A stretch of 64,000 nucleotides of DNA from Candidatus Bathyarchaeia archaeon (GTDB lineage: Archaea; Thermoproteota; Bathyarchaeia; Bathyarchaeales; Bathycorpusculaceae). The stretch lies in assembly GCA_049970895.1 (NCBI GenBank), contig JBMFMB010000005.1, positions 1 to 64,000 of the forward strand, read 5' to 3'. Position numbers and translations under genes: made by a program. Positions 18,289 to 27,489 of the stretch are shown in pieces. The first letter of the stretch is position 1. The number at the start of each line of letters is the position of its first letter. The notes beneath the pieces are model-generated. The model made no database searches and was not told the origin of the DNA. It worked only from the letters and a program-made list of their open reading frames with translations.

Positions 18289-19680
18289 GTGACAGGCTTG
18301 ATGGGCTTTGTTGACGAGGAGAACATGAGCATGCTTACAGACTTGTATGAGCTTACCATGTGTGCAAGCTACTTTGACAATAAAAGGCTTGAACCAGCCA
18401 CCTTCGACCTTTTCATAAGGCGTTTGCCACCAAACCGTTCCTACTTTCTATTTGCCGGATTAGAGCAAGTCCTCCTGTTTCTGGAAAGGATGCGTTTCAC
18501 AGAAAAGCATATAAAATTCTTGAAAAGCCAAGGGTTCAAGGAGGATTTCCTCGAATACTTAAGGAATTTCAAGTTCAGCGGGGATGTTTGGGCTATTCCA
18601 GAGGGCACTGTGGTTTTTCCCAACGAACCATTGATTAGGGTTACAGCCCCAATAATAGAGGCGCAGCTAATAGAAACCTTCATCCTAAACACAGTTAATC
18701 TTCAAACCACAATAGCCACTAAAGCCTCAAGGGTTGTTTACGCCGCCCAAGGAAGGCCTATAATCGAGTTTGGCTTAAGGAGGGAGCATGGAACAGACGC
18801 TGGAATGAAGGTTGCCCGTGCAAGCTACATTGCGGGCTGCAACGGCACATCAAATGTTCTTGCTGGAATGTTGTACGGCATACCGGTTTTTGGAACTATG
18901 GCACACTCATTTGTCATGTTCTTCAGCAGCGAAATAGACTCTTTTAGAGCTTTCACAAAAACCTTCCCGGACAAGTCAACTCTGCTTATAGACACCTTTG
19001 ACAACATTAAAGGTGCTAAAAACGCCATAACAGTCGCCAAAGAGCTCGAAAAAGCGGGGTTTAGACTCCGCGGAGTGCGCATCGACAGCGGAGACCTTGT
19101 GGAAATAAGCCGAAAAGTTAGGATGATGCTTGACGATAATGGGCTTAGCTATGTGCAGATATTTGCAAGCGGAGACCTCGACGAATACAGAATAGATGAG
19201 TTGCTAAGCAAAGGCGCAAAAATAGACGCCTTCGGCGTTGGAACCCGCATGGGAACGTCAGCGGACAGACCTTATGTTGACATAATCTACAAACTATGCG
19301 AAAAAATGGACGAGAAGGGCGAATTCCAGCCAATAATGAAACTAAGCGAAAGAAAAGCCACCCTTCCCGGGAGAAAGCAGGTTTTCAGATTTAGGGATGA
19401 AAGGGGAAACTTTGTTAAAGATGTGATCGCCTTGGAAGGAGAAGATGTTGGCGGTGAACCACTCCTCGTCAAGGTTATGGAGAAGGGCAAAATAGTTTAT
19501 GATTTGCCATCCCTCGAAGAGATTAGGAAAAAAGCCTTAAACAATCTTTCAATGCTTCCAGAAAAGTATAAGCGGCTTAGAGGGGCAGCCAAATACCCAG
19601 TAATGTTAAGCCCCAAACTTAAGAAGTTGATAAGGGATTTGAGGGCGAAACTGAAAAAGGTTGAAGGCACCTCAAGCTAA
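18289..19680 (+). CDS. pncB: Nicotinate phosphoribosyltransferase
   Basis: LTDLYELTM, EFGLRR, GTMAHS, LIDTFD, RIDSGD, FGVGT. Confidence 0.95.
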   Translation: MTGLMGFVDEENMSMLTDLYELTMCASYFDNKRLEPATFDLFIRRLPPNRSYFLFAGLEQVLLFLERMRFTEKHIKFLKSQGFKEDFLEYLRNFKFSGDVWAIPEGTVVFPNEPLIRVTAPIIEAQLIETFILNTVNLQTTIATKASRVVYAAQGRPIIEFGLRREHGTDAGMKVARASYIAGCNGTSNVLAGMLYGIPVFGTMAHSFVMFFSSEIDSFRAFTKTFPDKSTLLIDTFDNIKGAKNAITVAKELEKAGFRLRGVRIDSGDLVEISRKVRMMLDDNGLSYVQIFASGDLDEYRIDELLSKGAKIDAFGVGTRMGTSADRPYVDIIYKLCEKMDEKGEFQPIMKLSERKATLPGRKQVFRFRDERGNFVKDVIALEGEDVGGEPLLVKVMEKGKIVYDLPSLEEIRKKALNNLSMLPEKYKRLRGAAKYPVMLSPKLKKLIRDLRAKLKKVEGTSS

Positions 19681-19705
19681 GATTGGGCCTATTTTCTTTT
19701 AAAGT

Positions 19706-20246
19706 TTAGCTTATAAACATCATTAGGAGGTTTATGAAGGCAACTTCTAATATGGCTGCTATGAAGAATACGCCATAAATGTAGATCAGGTCTCTTGTTT
19801 TAAGGGTTCTACTCAAAGTTTTCTTCAGCGTCAAGTAGATACCACAACCTTCAACGATTCCTACTGGCATACTCACGACCACTATTGCTGGCAACACGTC
19901 TAAGCTGACCTTCCCATATATTAGGGTGCAGCCTCTTAATATGCCTAAGAAAACAATGATTACTGTGAAGGCTATGGCGAAGGTTTGCGGGTGCTCCAAA
20001 ACTATATGCGAATACTTCTCCCTCTTAAAAAAGCCAGAAATAACGAGGCTTACGTAGAAGGACATGCCTAGTAGAATCATGGAGATGACAAGCACTGTAG
20101 GAAAATCATCCCGACGGCTAAGAGGCTGTTTTGGAGAATGTTTTTTGCAAGAATTGTGAAGAAAACCGTGTTTTCAAAGGATGAGAGGAGGAGAAAGGTT
20201 AGGAAAGCTAAGCCCAAAAAGCCGTCCGCTTTTTAGATTCAGGCAA
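19706..20246 (-). pseudogene. Membrane protein (SpoIIM-like), frameshifted 5' region
   Basis: ORF 19706..20095 is preceded out of frame by FLGLAFLTFLLLSSFENTVFFTILAKNILQNSLLAVGMIFL and a TTG-started LPESKKRTA; two frameshifts. Confidence 0.55.
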
Positions 20247-20270
20247 CCTTTGAAGCCCCAGTGCAGCATT

Positions 20271-20735
20271 CTAAAGCAGTAGCCTAGTAAGCCGGTTGAT
20301 TATTAATCCCAAGATTCCAAAGACAAGGGCTACAAACAGGAGAACCGCCAGATAGATTATTATTGCTAGTATGCCCACAGCGATTGCGCCAAGCCAGCCT
20401 GTTTCAAATAAACGCTTTATCAGTATCAGCCATGTTATGACTGTGAGGAGGATTGTTACCCAAAATGGCAGAAAGATAACAAACAGCGTTGATAACACTG
20501 TCCCAAGCAAGGCTATTATGAAAGCATCTGAAAGCAACGCGCGTCTTCTACCTACAACGATTAATCCGGCAAGGTAGAGCACAACCGCCAATACAAGCAG
20601 TTCTATTATGAATAAGGCGAGGGCGGATAGTAGGGTTAAGCCTTCACGTATCCCCCACTGCCAGTCTGGTCTGGCGTTAATCAGAAGCAACCACATGAGG
20701 ATTCCGATTAGATGTCGCCACGACATTTTAACCAC
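20271..20735 (-). CDS. Multi-pass membrane protein
   Basis: About 4-5 strongly hydrophobic segments; GWLGAIAVGILA. Confidence 0.7.
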   Translation of the reverse strand: MVKMSWRHLIGILMWLLLINARPDWQWGIREGLTLLSALALFIIELLVLAVVLYLAGLIVVGRRRALLSDAFIIALLGTVLSTLFVIFLPFWVTILLTVITWLILIKRLFETGWLGAIAVGILAIIIYLAVLLFVALVFGILGLIINRLTRLLL

Positions 20736-20786
20736 TTAATGTTTAGCATGGCATGTGCCGAAAAATAAAAGGATTGCTGTAGGCGT

Positions 20787-21068
20787 CTATTCTGTTATTT
20801 CTTTAACCTCTTTTTCGCCCTTTTCCAGCTCTTTAACCTGCTCCTTGTCTTCCCTAAGTAGCAGTGTTTGGAACTCGCCTACATGGGTTTTTTCTTCTCT
20901 GGCTATTTCCAATAGCACTTTTCTAATATTTTCATTTGTTATTGCTGCGGCTAGCTGTTCGTAGAGGTTTACGGCGTCTAATTCGGCGATTATGGCGGCT
21001 CTTAATATTTCGCAGTCTAGAAGCTTCTTTTCAACCTTGTCAATTTTAATCGGGATTTGGGATAACAC
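20787..21068 (-). CDS. Encapsulated-ferritin-like (EncFtn/Flp, rubrerythrin-type) protein
   Basis: EILRAAIIAELDAVNLYEQ...AREEKTHVGEF, as in the Pyrococcus Flp domain. GTG start at 21068. Confidence 0.85.
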   Translation of the reverse strand: MLSQIPIKIDKVEKKLLDCEILRAAIIAELDAVNLYEQLAAAITNENIRKVLLEIAREEKTHVGEFQTLLLREDKEQVKELEKGEKEVKEITE

Positions 21069-21279
21069 GCCTTTTTTCACCTCCGTCTTGGTTTTGCGTT
21101 TAGCCACATGATATGATTTGATGTGCATTAAACTTTTGTTAATGAAGCGAAAATGCGCGTTTCTAAACTCCATTTCCCCATCTAGTTTCTGGAATGGTCC
21201 ACTATGAGAAACATACAGAAAATTGGATGAAAATGTAAGTTGGGGGATTATGTGAGAAAAATGCTGGTTGTGTGGCTGT

Positions 21280-21708
21280 TTATAGTCCTTCTGCTAGTGT
21301 TGTGAAGAGGTCGTGGTGTTCCTCCTCGTCTTCTAGAATTTCTTCGAATAGGTGGGCTGTTGTTATGTCATTTTCTTTGTGGGCTTGAGCTATAATCTCT
21401 TTGTAGAGGTTTATGGCGTTCTCCTCGTCTTTTATGTCGCGTTCAATCATTTCCTTAAGCGTTTTGCCTACAAAAATTTCCGTAGGCTTTGTGGTTGGAG
21501 TCCCTCCAAGATAGAACAGCCTTTCAGCGATGGTTTCTGCATGCTTCATTTCTGTGATAGCCACTTTTTTAAGTTCTTCTTGAACAGCGAAGCCTTTTAC
21601 GCCGCTCCATTGGACGTGTTGCCACATGTATTGTATGGAGACTTGCATCTCCCTCGCGATGGCGTCGTTCAGCATTTCCAACAATTTTTTAGAAGCCAAA
21701 CTTTTCAC
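21280..21708 (-). CDS. Bacterioferritin-like ferritin family protein
   Basis: LNDAIAREMQVSIQY...EMKHAETIAER...GGTP...DEENAINLY...EDEEEH ferroxidase ligands. Confidence 0.88.
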   Translation of the reverse strand: MKSLASKKLLEMLNDAIAREMQVSIQYMWQHVQWSGVKGFAVQEELKKVAITEMKHAETIAERLFYLGGTPTTKPTEIFVGKTLKEMIERDIKDEENAINLYKEIIAQAHKENDITTAHLFEEILEDEEEHHDLFTTLAEGL

Positions 21709-21802
21709 CTCCCTTTTCAGTTTATTCCCATCTGTTTAAAAGTCTTGCCGAAAATCACGAAGCGCTAAGAAAAATATGGGAGGATGATGTGCAATTTTAA
21801 TG

Positions 21803-22282
21803 CTATCCGCCCGGCGCCCCGTGGAATGGAACATTTTTCCAGAGGATGTCCCACCAGTCTTCCTCTGTTATTGTTTCGCCCCTCACAATGATTTCCAAAA
21901 CTTCCTTTAGGAGTTCGTGGTGCCTCTTCTCGTCGGCTAGGATGGCTGTTAGGAGAAGCTTAACCTTCTCATCTTCAACCGATGGCAGCATGTCGCTTAT
22001 CTTCTTTATGAGTTCGGCTTCTATGCGTATATGCCTCTCCACGAGGCTTCTTTGCTTGTCAAGGTGTTCCTGCGCGAGTGCTTGCTGGGTTGTGGTTAAA
22101 AGTTTTTGGGCAGCGTTATACATTTCCGCATGCTTTAATGAATCTAGCGAAATTCCCCTTAAAACGCCTTTAACCGACGGGTTTTTAATGCACTTTAAGG
22201 CCTCGTTAAGCGAGTCAACAATCTCATTTTCAACTTCAATTTGCCTCTTTATGAAGTTTAAAAGCTCATTTTTCGTGGACAT
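21803..22282 (-). CDS. Ferritin-like domain protein
   Basis: E...DSLKH and E...DEKRH four-helix diiron pattern; C-terminus WWDILWKNVPFHGAPGG. Confidence 0.8.
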   Translation of the reverse strand: MSTKNELLNFIKRQIEVENEIVDSLNEALKCIKNPSVKGVLRGISLDSLKHAEMYNAAQKLLTTTQQALAQEHLDKQRSLVERHIRIEAELIKKISDMLPSVEDEKVKLLLTAILADEKRHHELLKEVLEIIVRGETITEEDWWDILWKNVPFHGAPGG

Positions 22283-22339
22283 ATTTCAGTTTCCCCTTTC
22301 ATATTGTATTGTGTTGAACGGACTATTTTAACGTCTATG

Positions 22340-22780
22340 CTAAGTCTTGACAAGCCTTTCAGCAATCCTCCGCCCGAATTCTCTGCACTTTTCCAAGCCA
22401 GCCTCGTCCGGCGTGTACCTTATTAGCAGTGGCGGTTCTGTCACTTCCATCTCAAACTTGTTCTTCAAGATTTCAAGGACAAGCCTTGGGGCTTCGCCAC
22501 TCCATCCGTAAGAACCAAAGGCGGCACCAACCTTGCCTTTCAAGTTTATGCCTTTCACGGCGGCTTCTTCAAAGAGCATTTTTATGTCAACTGTTGTGTC
22601 ATGGTGATAGGTGGGTGTGCCAACAATTATGGCGTCAAACTCTTTAAGCTGTTCTGGTGTTGCGTGATAAGTTAACTCCACCTCGGTGCCTTGCACTGTT
22701 TTTGCTCCTTCGGCTACAGCCTTAGCCATCTTCTCAGTATTTCCAGTCCTACTGTAATAGAGGATTAGGATTTTAGGCAT
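22340..22780 (-). CDS. Flavodoxin (FprA C-terminal-like)
   Basis: YSRTGNTEKMA, GTPTY, AFGSYGWSGEA. Confidence 0.92.
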   Translation of the reverse strand: MPKILILYYSRTGNTEKMAKAVAEGAKTVQGTEVELTYHATPEQLKEFDAIIVGTPTYHHDTTVDIKMLFEEAAVKGINLKGKVGAAFGSYGWSGEAPRLVLEILKNKFEMEVTEPPLLIRYTPDEAGLEKCREFGRRIAERLVKT

Positions 22781-22791
22781 ATCAACCAGCC

Positions 22792-23406
22792 CTATTTTAG
22801 CGCCTCTTCCAGTCGTCTGCTGACTTCGTTCCAGTTTACAATTTTCCAGAAAGCCTCAACGAATTTGCCGCGGTCATTTTTGTAGTCAATGTAGTAGGCG
22901 TGTTCGAAAACATCCAAGACCATGAGGATTCGGAACATTGGGCAAATATTTACATTATGCTTTTCCACTTGCATCAGCATTAGGCGTCCAGTCTGCCTAC
23001 AAAGGGTTAGAGCCGCCCAGCCAGAACCCTCAACGCTTACTGCCGCTTGAGAAAACTCCTTCTGGAAACGCTCAAAACTTCCAAAATCTTCAACAATTTT
23101 GTCGGCTAAGATTCCGCCGGGTTTTCCGCCGCCTCTGCTTGGTGGTGCCAAGTTGCCCCAAAACAGCGAATGCAACAAGTGTCCGGCAACATTCCATGAA
23201 AGTTCCTTAAGCGTCGCCTTAACATCTATGTCGATGTTTTCCTTTCGCGCCTTGTCCAACCGTTGGAGTATGGCGTTAGCCCCATTAACATAGGCTTGGT
23301 GATGCTTGCTGTGGTGAATTCTCAATTGTTCTTCAGACATGTAGGGCTGCAAATCCCCATAGCCGTAAGGCAGCTGAGGCAAAACATAAAGCCTAGCTTG
23401 CTCCAT
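22792..23406 (-). CDS. sod: Fe/Mn superoxide dismutase
   Basis: [35 protein letters not shown]. Confidence 0.96.
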   Translation of the reverse strand: MEQARLYVLPQLPYGYGDLQPYMSEEQLRIHHSKHHQAYVNGANAILQRLDKARKENIDIDVKATLKELSWNVAGHLLHSLFWGNLAPPSRGGGKPGGILADKIVEDFGSFERFQKEFSQAAVSVEGSGWAALTLCRQTGRLMLMQVEKHNVNICPMFRILMVLDVFEHAYYIDYKNDRGKFVEAFWKIVNWNEVSRRLEEALK

Positions 23407-23425
23407 AGTGCATACACCTCCATTC

Positions 23426-23587
23426 CTAAATTTTCTTCACAAACTGGTCCTTAGGGGCACCACAAACGGGACAAACCCAATTTTCTGGCAAAGCCTCGAA
23501 GGGTGTGCCTGGTTTTATGCCGTGTTCTGGGTCGCCTGCCTCTGGGTAGTAGACGTATCCGCAGATTAGACATTCCCACTTTTCCAA
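23426..23587 (-). CDS. Rubredoxin
   Basis: Not in the ORF track. TTG-started [53 protein letters not shown]. Confidence 0.95.
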   Translation of the reverse strand: MEKWECLICGYVYYPEAGDPEHGIKPGTPFEALPENWVCPVCGAPKDQFVKKI

Positions 23588-23606
23588 AACAGCTCAACCT
23601 CTCTCG

Positions 23607-24032
23607 CTATTTTTCTGTTTTAATGTTGTAGCTTACTTTTACGCCGGCTCTTTCGAAGAGCTTCCCAACCGGGCAGTTTTCCACTGTTAACTTGAAAATT
23701 TTCTGGACTGTTTCTTGTGGGGCGTCTGTTTTTACGGAGATGTTGAAGGCTACTTCTGTTACGGTTCCAGCCTCTTCGGATTTTATGGCTTCAAGCTTAA
23801 CCTCCAAGTCTTTGAGCGGAACTCTCATTTTCTTAGCTATCAAAGCGAAAATTGTTGCGAAACATCCAGCATAGCTCATAACGCCCAACTCAAGGGCTGT
23901 CGGCCCCATGTCAGTTCCAAGTTCGGGTGGTAGATCTAGGCAGACGCTGTGGGCTCTTCCGTTGTCAACGGCTATTCGCAAGTCCTTAACAAGTTTGGCT
24001 GTTGAGTGAAGTTTTTGCACCAAACATTTCAC
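23607..24032 (-). CDS. OsmC/Ohr family protein
   Basis: GTDMGPTALEL...AGC...NCPV two-Cys pattern. Confidence 0.88.
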   Translation of the reverse strand: MKCLVQKLHSTAKLVKDLRIAVDNGRAHSVCLDLPPELGTDMGPTALELGVMSYAGCFATIFALIAKKMRVPLKDLEVKLEAIKSEEAGTVTEVAFNISVKTDAPQETVQKIFKLTVENCPVGKLFERAGVKVSYNIKTEK

Positions 24033-24059
24033 CTCTTAAAAACATTGTCAAAAAGGGTT

Positions 24060-24710
24060 TTATGGGAGCTTCTTCTTGCAGAGGAACCAGTCAACACACT
24101 CGTAGCCCTCTTGCAAGCGTTTTTCGGCTTCTTCCTGCGTTGTAGGCGGCGGCACTATTACGGGTTCGCCCGGTCTCCAGTTGGCTGGCAAAGCCACCTT
24201 GTATTTATCGGCTGTTTGTAAGGCGTCAATTAGCCTCAAAATCTCGTCCATGTTTCTTCCAACATTCAGCGGATAATATATCATTGCCCTCAGTTTCATT
24301 TCTGGGTCTATTACGAAGACGCAGCGGACAGCGGATGTTGTGCTTTGTTTGGGGTGTATCATGCCAAATAGGTTGGCGACTTTCAGGTCCAAGTCGGCGA
24401 TAATTGGAAATGGTATGGTTATGCCAAACTTTTCCTTTATGGTTCTGACCCAAGCAATGTGGGAGTAGACGCTGTCAATGCTTAATCCTATAAGCTGGAC
24501 GTTCCGCTTAACGAGTTCCGGGTTTATTTGGGCGAAAGCCACAAACTCTGTTGTGCATACCGGCGTGAAATCAGCTGGATGTGAAAACAGTATAATCCAT
24601 TTTCCTTTAAAGTCTGAAAGCCTAATCTTGCCATGCGTTGTGACAGCCCCAAAGTCTGGGACAACTTCTCCGAGCCGCAGTAATGGTTTTTCCTCAACTT
24701 TTTCTTCCAT
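24060..24710 (-). CDS. Peroxiredoxin (Prx6/archaeal type)
   Basis: [27 protein letters not shown]-terminal CVDWFLC. Confidence 0.95.
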   Translation of the reverse strand: MEEKVEEKPLLRLGEVVPDFGAVTTHGKIRLSDFKGKWIILFSHPADFTPVCTTEFVAFAQINPELVKRNVQLIGLSIDSVYSHIAWVRTIKEKFGITIPFPIIADLDLKVANLFGMIHPKQSTTSAVRCVFVIDPEMKLRAMIYYPLNVGRNMDEILRLIDALQTADKYKVALPANWRPGEPVIVPPPTTQEEAEKRLQEGYECVDWFLCKKKLP

Positions 24711-24772
24711 TTTATTTCATTCCTCCTCTACTTTAAACACCACAATCCTTTTATCCTTCAATGCTTATATGC

Positions 24773-24817
24773 TTTTCGTACAAAAATCGGCAAAAAACGT
24801 ACATAATGGTGCGAAAA
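24773..24817. promoter_or_regulatory. Imperfect inverted repeat between divergent prx and lrp, possible operator
   Basis: TTTTCGTAC ... GTGCGAAAA; inner CGTACATAATGGTGCG; CGTACAAAAAT/CGTACATAAT direct repeat. Confidence 0.35.
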
Positions 24818-25263
24818 TGGTAAAAAAGATTGCGGAAATAGACGAGCTTGACCTCAAAATCCTAAAACTTCTAGAGGAGGATGGGCGAATCGCTTTCATG
24901 GATATAGCCAAAAAATTGAGGCTAAGTGAATCAACGATAAGAAAACGGGTTCAAGCTCTGAAGGAAAACGGCGTGATAAAGAGGTTCACGGTGGAAATAG
25001 ACCCAGCCAAGATAGGATTAAACACTGTCGCAATAGTTGGCATAGACGTGGACCCGCCAAAACTTTTGGAGGTTGCTCAAAAACTCTGCGAGTTCAAGGA
25101 AATCCGTTGTGTGGCCACATCCACAGGCGACCATATGATAATGACCGAAATATGGACTAAGGATGGACGAGAACTGACAAGGCTTATATCAGAAAAAATT
25201 GGGCCTATCGAAGGCGTAAAGAAGATTTGCCCAGCAATAATTTTGGAGAGGCTGAAGGGCTGA
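24817..25263 (+). CDS. Lrp/AsnC family regulator (LrpA-like)
   Basis: [17 protein letters not shown]...SESTIRKRV...TGDHM; start at ATG 24817. Confidence 0.92.
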   Translation: MVKKIAEIDELDLKILKLLEEDGRIAFMDIAKKLRLSESTIRKRVQALKENGVIKRFTVEIDPAKIGLNTVAIVGIDVDPPKLLEVAQKLCEFKEIRCVATSTGDHMIMTEIWTKDGRELTRLISEKIGPIEGVKKICPAIILERLKG

Positions 25264-25285
25264 AATTTTAAGGGGGGAGAAATGC

Positions 25286-27427
25286 TTGAACACGCATAGC
25301 GCCCATAGCCATCATCACGTTCACCACGTGGAGGAGTTTAAGAGGCGATTCTGGATTTCGCTAATACTGACAGTGCCAATTCTGTTCCTTTCAGAAATGA
25401 TTCAGATGTGGCTCGGCTTGGAATGGATAAGGATTCCCTTCCAGAAAGAGGCGCTGGCCCTCCTATCCATAATCGTCTATCTCTACGGCGGGTGGCCCTT
25501 CCTAAAGGGCTTAGCCGAAGAGGTTAAGGGCAGACAGCCTGGGATGATGACGCTTATTGGCATGGCTATGTCTGTGGCTATGTTGTACTCGCTTGGAACA
25601 GTCTTCCAGCTTATAAGTGGCAAGGACTTCTTCTGGGAGCTTGCAACCCTAATTGATGTAATGCTTTTGGGACACTGGATAGAGGCAAAAAGCGTCATGG
25701 GGGCTTCCATGGCCTTAGAAGAGCTTGTCCGCATAATGCCGACAACAGCCCACCTAATAAAAAACAGCGAAATTATAGATACATCAGTCTCACAATTAAA
25801 TAAAGGTGACATTGTCCTCGTAAGACCGGGCGAGAAAATCCCTTCAGACGGCATCGTCATTGAAGGTGAATCATACGTTAATGAGGCTTTACTGACCGGC
25901 GAATCGAGACCTATAGGCAAAAAGGTGGGAGACAATGTTGTTGGAGGCTCAATAAACGGCGATGGCATCCTAAAAGTGCAGATAGAGCGGACAGGCGAAG
26001 AAACCTACTTGGCGCAGGTTATTAAACTGGTTAGGCAGGCCCAAGAAAGTCGCTCGCGAACGCAGGATTTAGCGAACAGAGCTGCTGCACTACTTTTTTA
26101 TGTAGCTTTAACCGTTGGCGTAATAACTTTCACAGCATGGTCTTTTATGGCTAGTTTGGATTTCGCCCTAGAAAGAGCCGTAACAGTCCTCGTAATCGCT
26201 TGTCCCCACGCATTGGGTTTAGCCATACCACTGGTTGTGGCACTTTCCACATCCATAACAGCGAAAAACGGAATCCTTATTAGGGATAGAAGAGCCTTCG
26301 AAATGGTTAAGGATGTCAACGCCGTTGTCTTTGACAAGACTGGCACTTTGACTGTTGGAAAATTCGGCGTCAGCGACATCGTCGCCTTCATACCCGAAAA
26401 GGAGCTTTTGAGGCTAACTGCAAGCGTGGAGCTAAACTCCGAACACGTAATAGCAAAAGCCATAGTGGAGTACGCCGAAAGCAAAGGCATCAAAGCCCCA
26501 CAAGCAAAGGATTTCAAGGCCTTGCCCGGAAAAGGCGCCTATGGAAAAGTTGGAAGAAAAGAAGTTTATGTTGGAAGCATAAACTTGCTAGAAGAGTTAG
26601 GAATAGCTGTTGAAGACTCAAAAATAAGGGAGCTGCAGGAGCAGGGCAAAACTGTCGTCTTCACGGTTGTGGATGGAAAGCTTGCTGGCGCTTTTGCTTT
26701 GGCGGACAGCATCAGAGAAGAAAGCCGCGAGGCGGTTAGAAAATTGAAGGAGAACAGCTTGAAAGTTTACATGCTTACTGGGGATTCTGAGGAAGTTGCC
26801 AGCTGGGTTGCAAAAGAGCTAGCCATAGACAAGTATTTCGCAAGAGTTCTCCCAGACAAAAAGGCTGAAAAAATAAGGCAGCTTAGGGAGGAGGGCTACC
26901 GCGTCGCCATGGTTGGAGACGGCATAAACGATGCACCAGCCCTTGTCACGGCGGATGTTGGCATAGCCATAGGCGCAGGAACAGACGTAGCCATAGAAAG
27001 CGCAGACATAATCCTCGTTAAAAACGACCCAAGAGACGTCGTAAAAGTCATAGACATCTCTCGGAAAACATATGCGAAGATGGCTCAAAACCTATGGTGG
27101 GCTGCAGGCTATAATATAATAACAATTCCAGTAGCGGCTGGAATCCTATCATGGTTCGGTGTTACGCTGCCAGCGGCAGTTGGCGCACTAATAATGTCCC
27201 TAAGCACAGTTATAGTCGCATTAAATAGTCAAACTTTAAGGAAGTATGAGCCAGAGGAGGTGAAAGCCATGGTGAAGAAAATCTTCGTAACCGATCCGGT
27301 TTGTGAAATGAAGATAGACCCTGAAACGGCTTTCAGTAAAATCGAGCATGAAGGTCGCACGGTCTACTTCTGTTCTAAAATTTGCGAGGAAGAGTTTAGG
27401 AAAAATCCAAAGAAGTATGTGAAATAG
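25286..27427 (+). CDS. copB: Copper-translocating P1B-type ATPase (CopB-like) with C-terminal YHS/TRASH domain
   Basis: His-rich N-terminus, TGES, CPH, DKTGT, GDGIND, YN and MSLS; C-terminal DPVC...YFCS..C. Confidence 0.92.
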   Translation: MNTHSAHSHHHVHHVEEFKRRFWISLILTVPILFLSEMIQMWLGLEWIRIPFQKEALALLSIIVYLYGGWPFLKGLAEEVKGRQPGMMTLIGMAMSVAMLYSLGTVFQLISGKDFFWELATLIDVMLLGHWIEAKSVMGASMALEELVRIMPTTAHLIKNSEIIDTSVSQLNKGDIVLVRPGEKIPSDGIVIEGESYVNEALLTGESRPIGKKVGDNVVGGSINGDGILKVQIERTGEETYLAQVIKLVRQAQESRSRTQDLANRAAALLFYVALTVGVITFTAWSFMASLDFALERAVTVLVIACPHALGLAIPLVVALSTSITAKNGILIRDRRAFEMVKDVNAVVFDKTGTLTVGKFGVSDIVAFIPEKELLRLTASVELNSEHVIAKAIVEYAESKGIKAPQAKDFKALPGKGAYGKVGRKEVYVGSINLLEELGIAVEDSKIRELQEQGKTVVFTVVDGKLAGAFALADSIREESREAVRKLKENSLKVYMLTGDSEEVASWVAKELAIDKYFARVLPDKKAEKIRQLREEGYRVAMVGDGINDAPALVTADVGIAIGAGTDVAIESADIILVKNDPRDVVKVIDISRKTYAKMAQNLWWAAGYNIITIPVAAGILSWFGVTLPAAVGALIMSLSTVIVALNSQTLRKYEPEEVKAMVKKIFVTDPVCEMKIDPETAFSKIEHEGRTVYFCSKICEEEFRKNPKKYVK

Positions 27428-27489
27428 GGGATAAAGCTTTAACCAGAGATGCCCCTTACGTTTTCGACTGGAAGAATGCTGGTGAGCCT

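Noticed and set aside
24478-24816. N-terminal extension of the Lrp ORF (261 aa)
   Set aside because: It is antisense to the peroxiredoxin gene; the HTH begins after ATG 24817.
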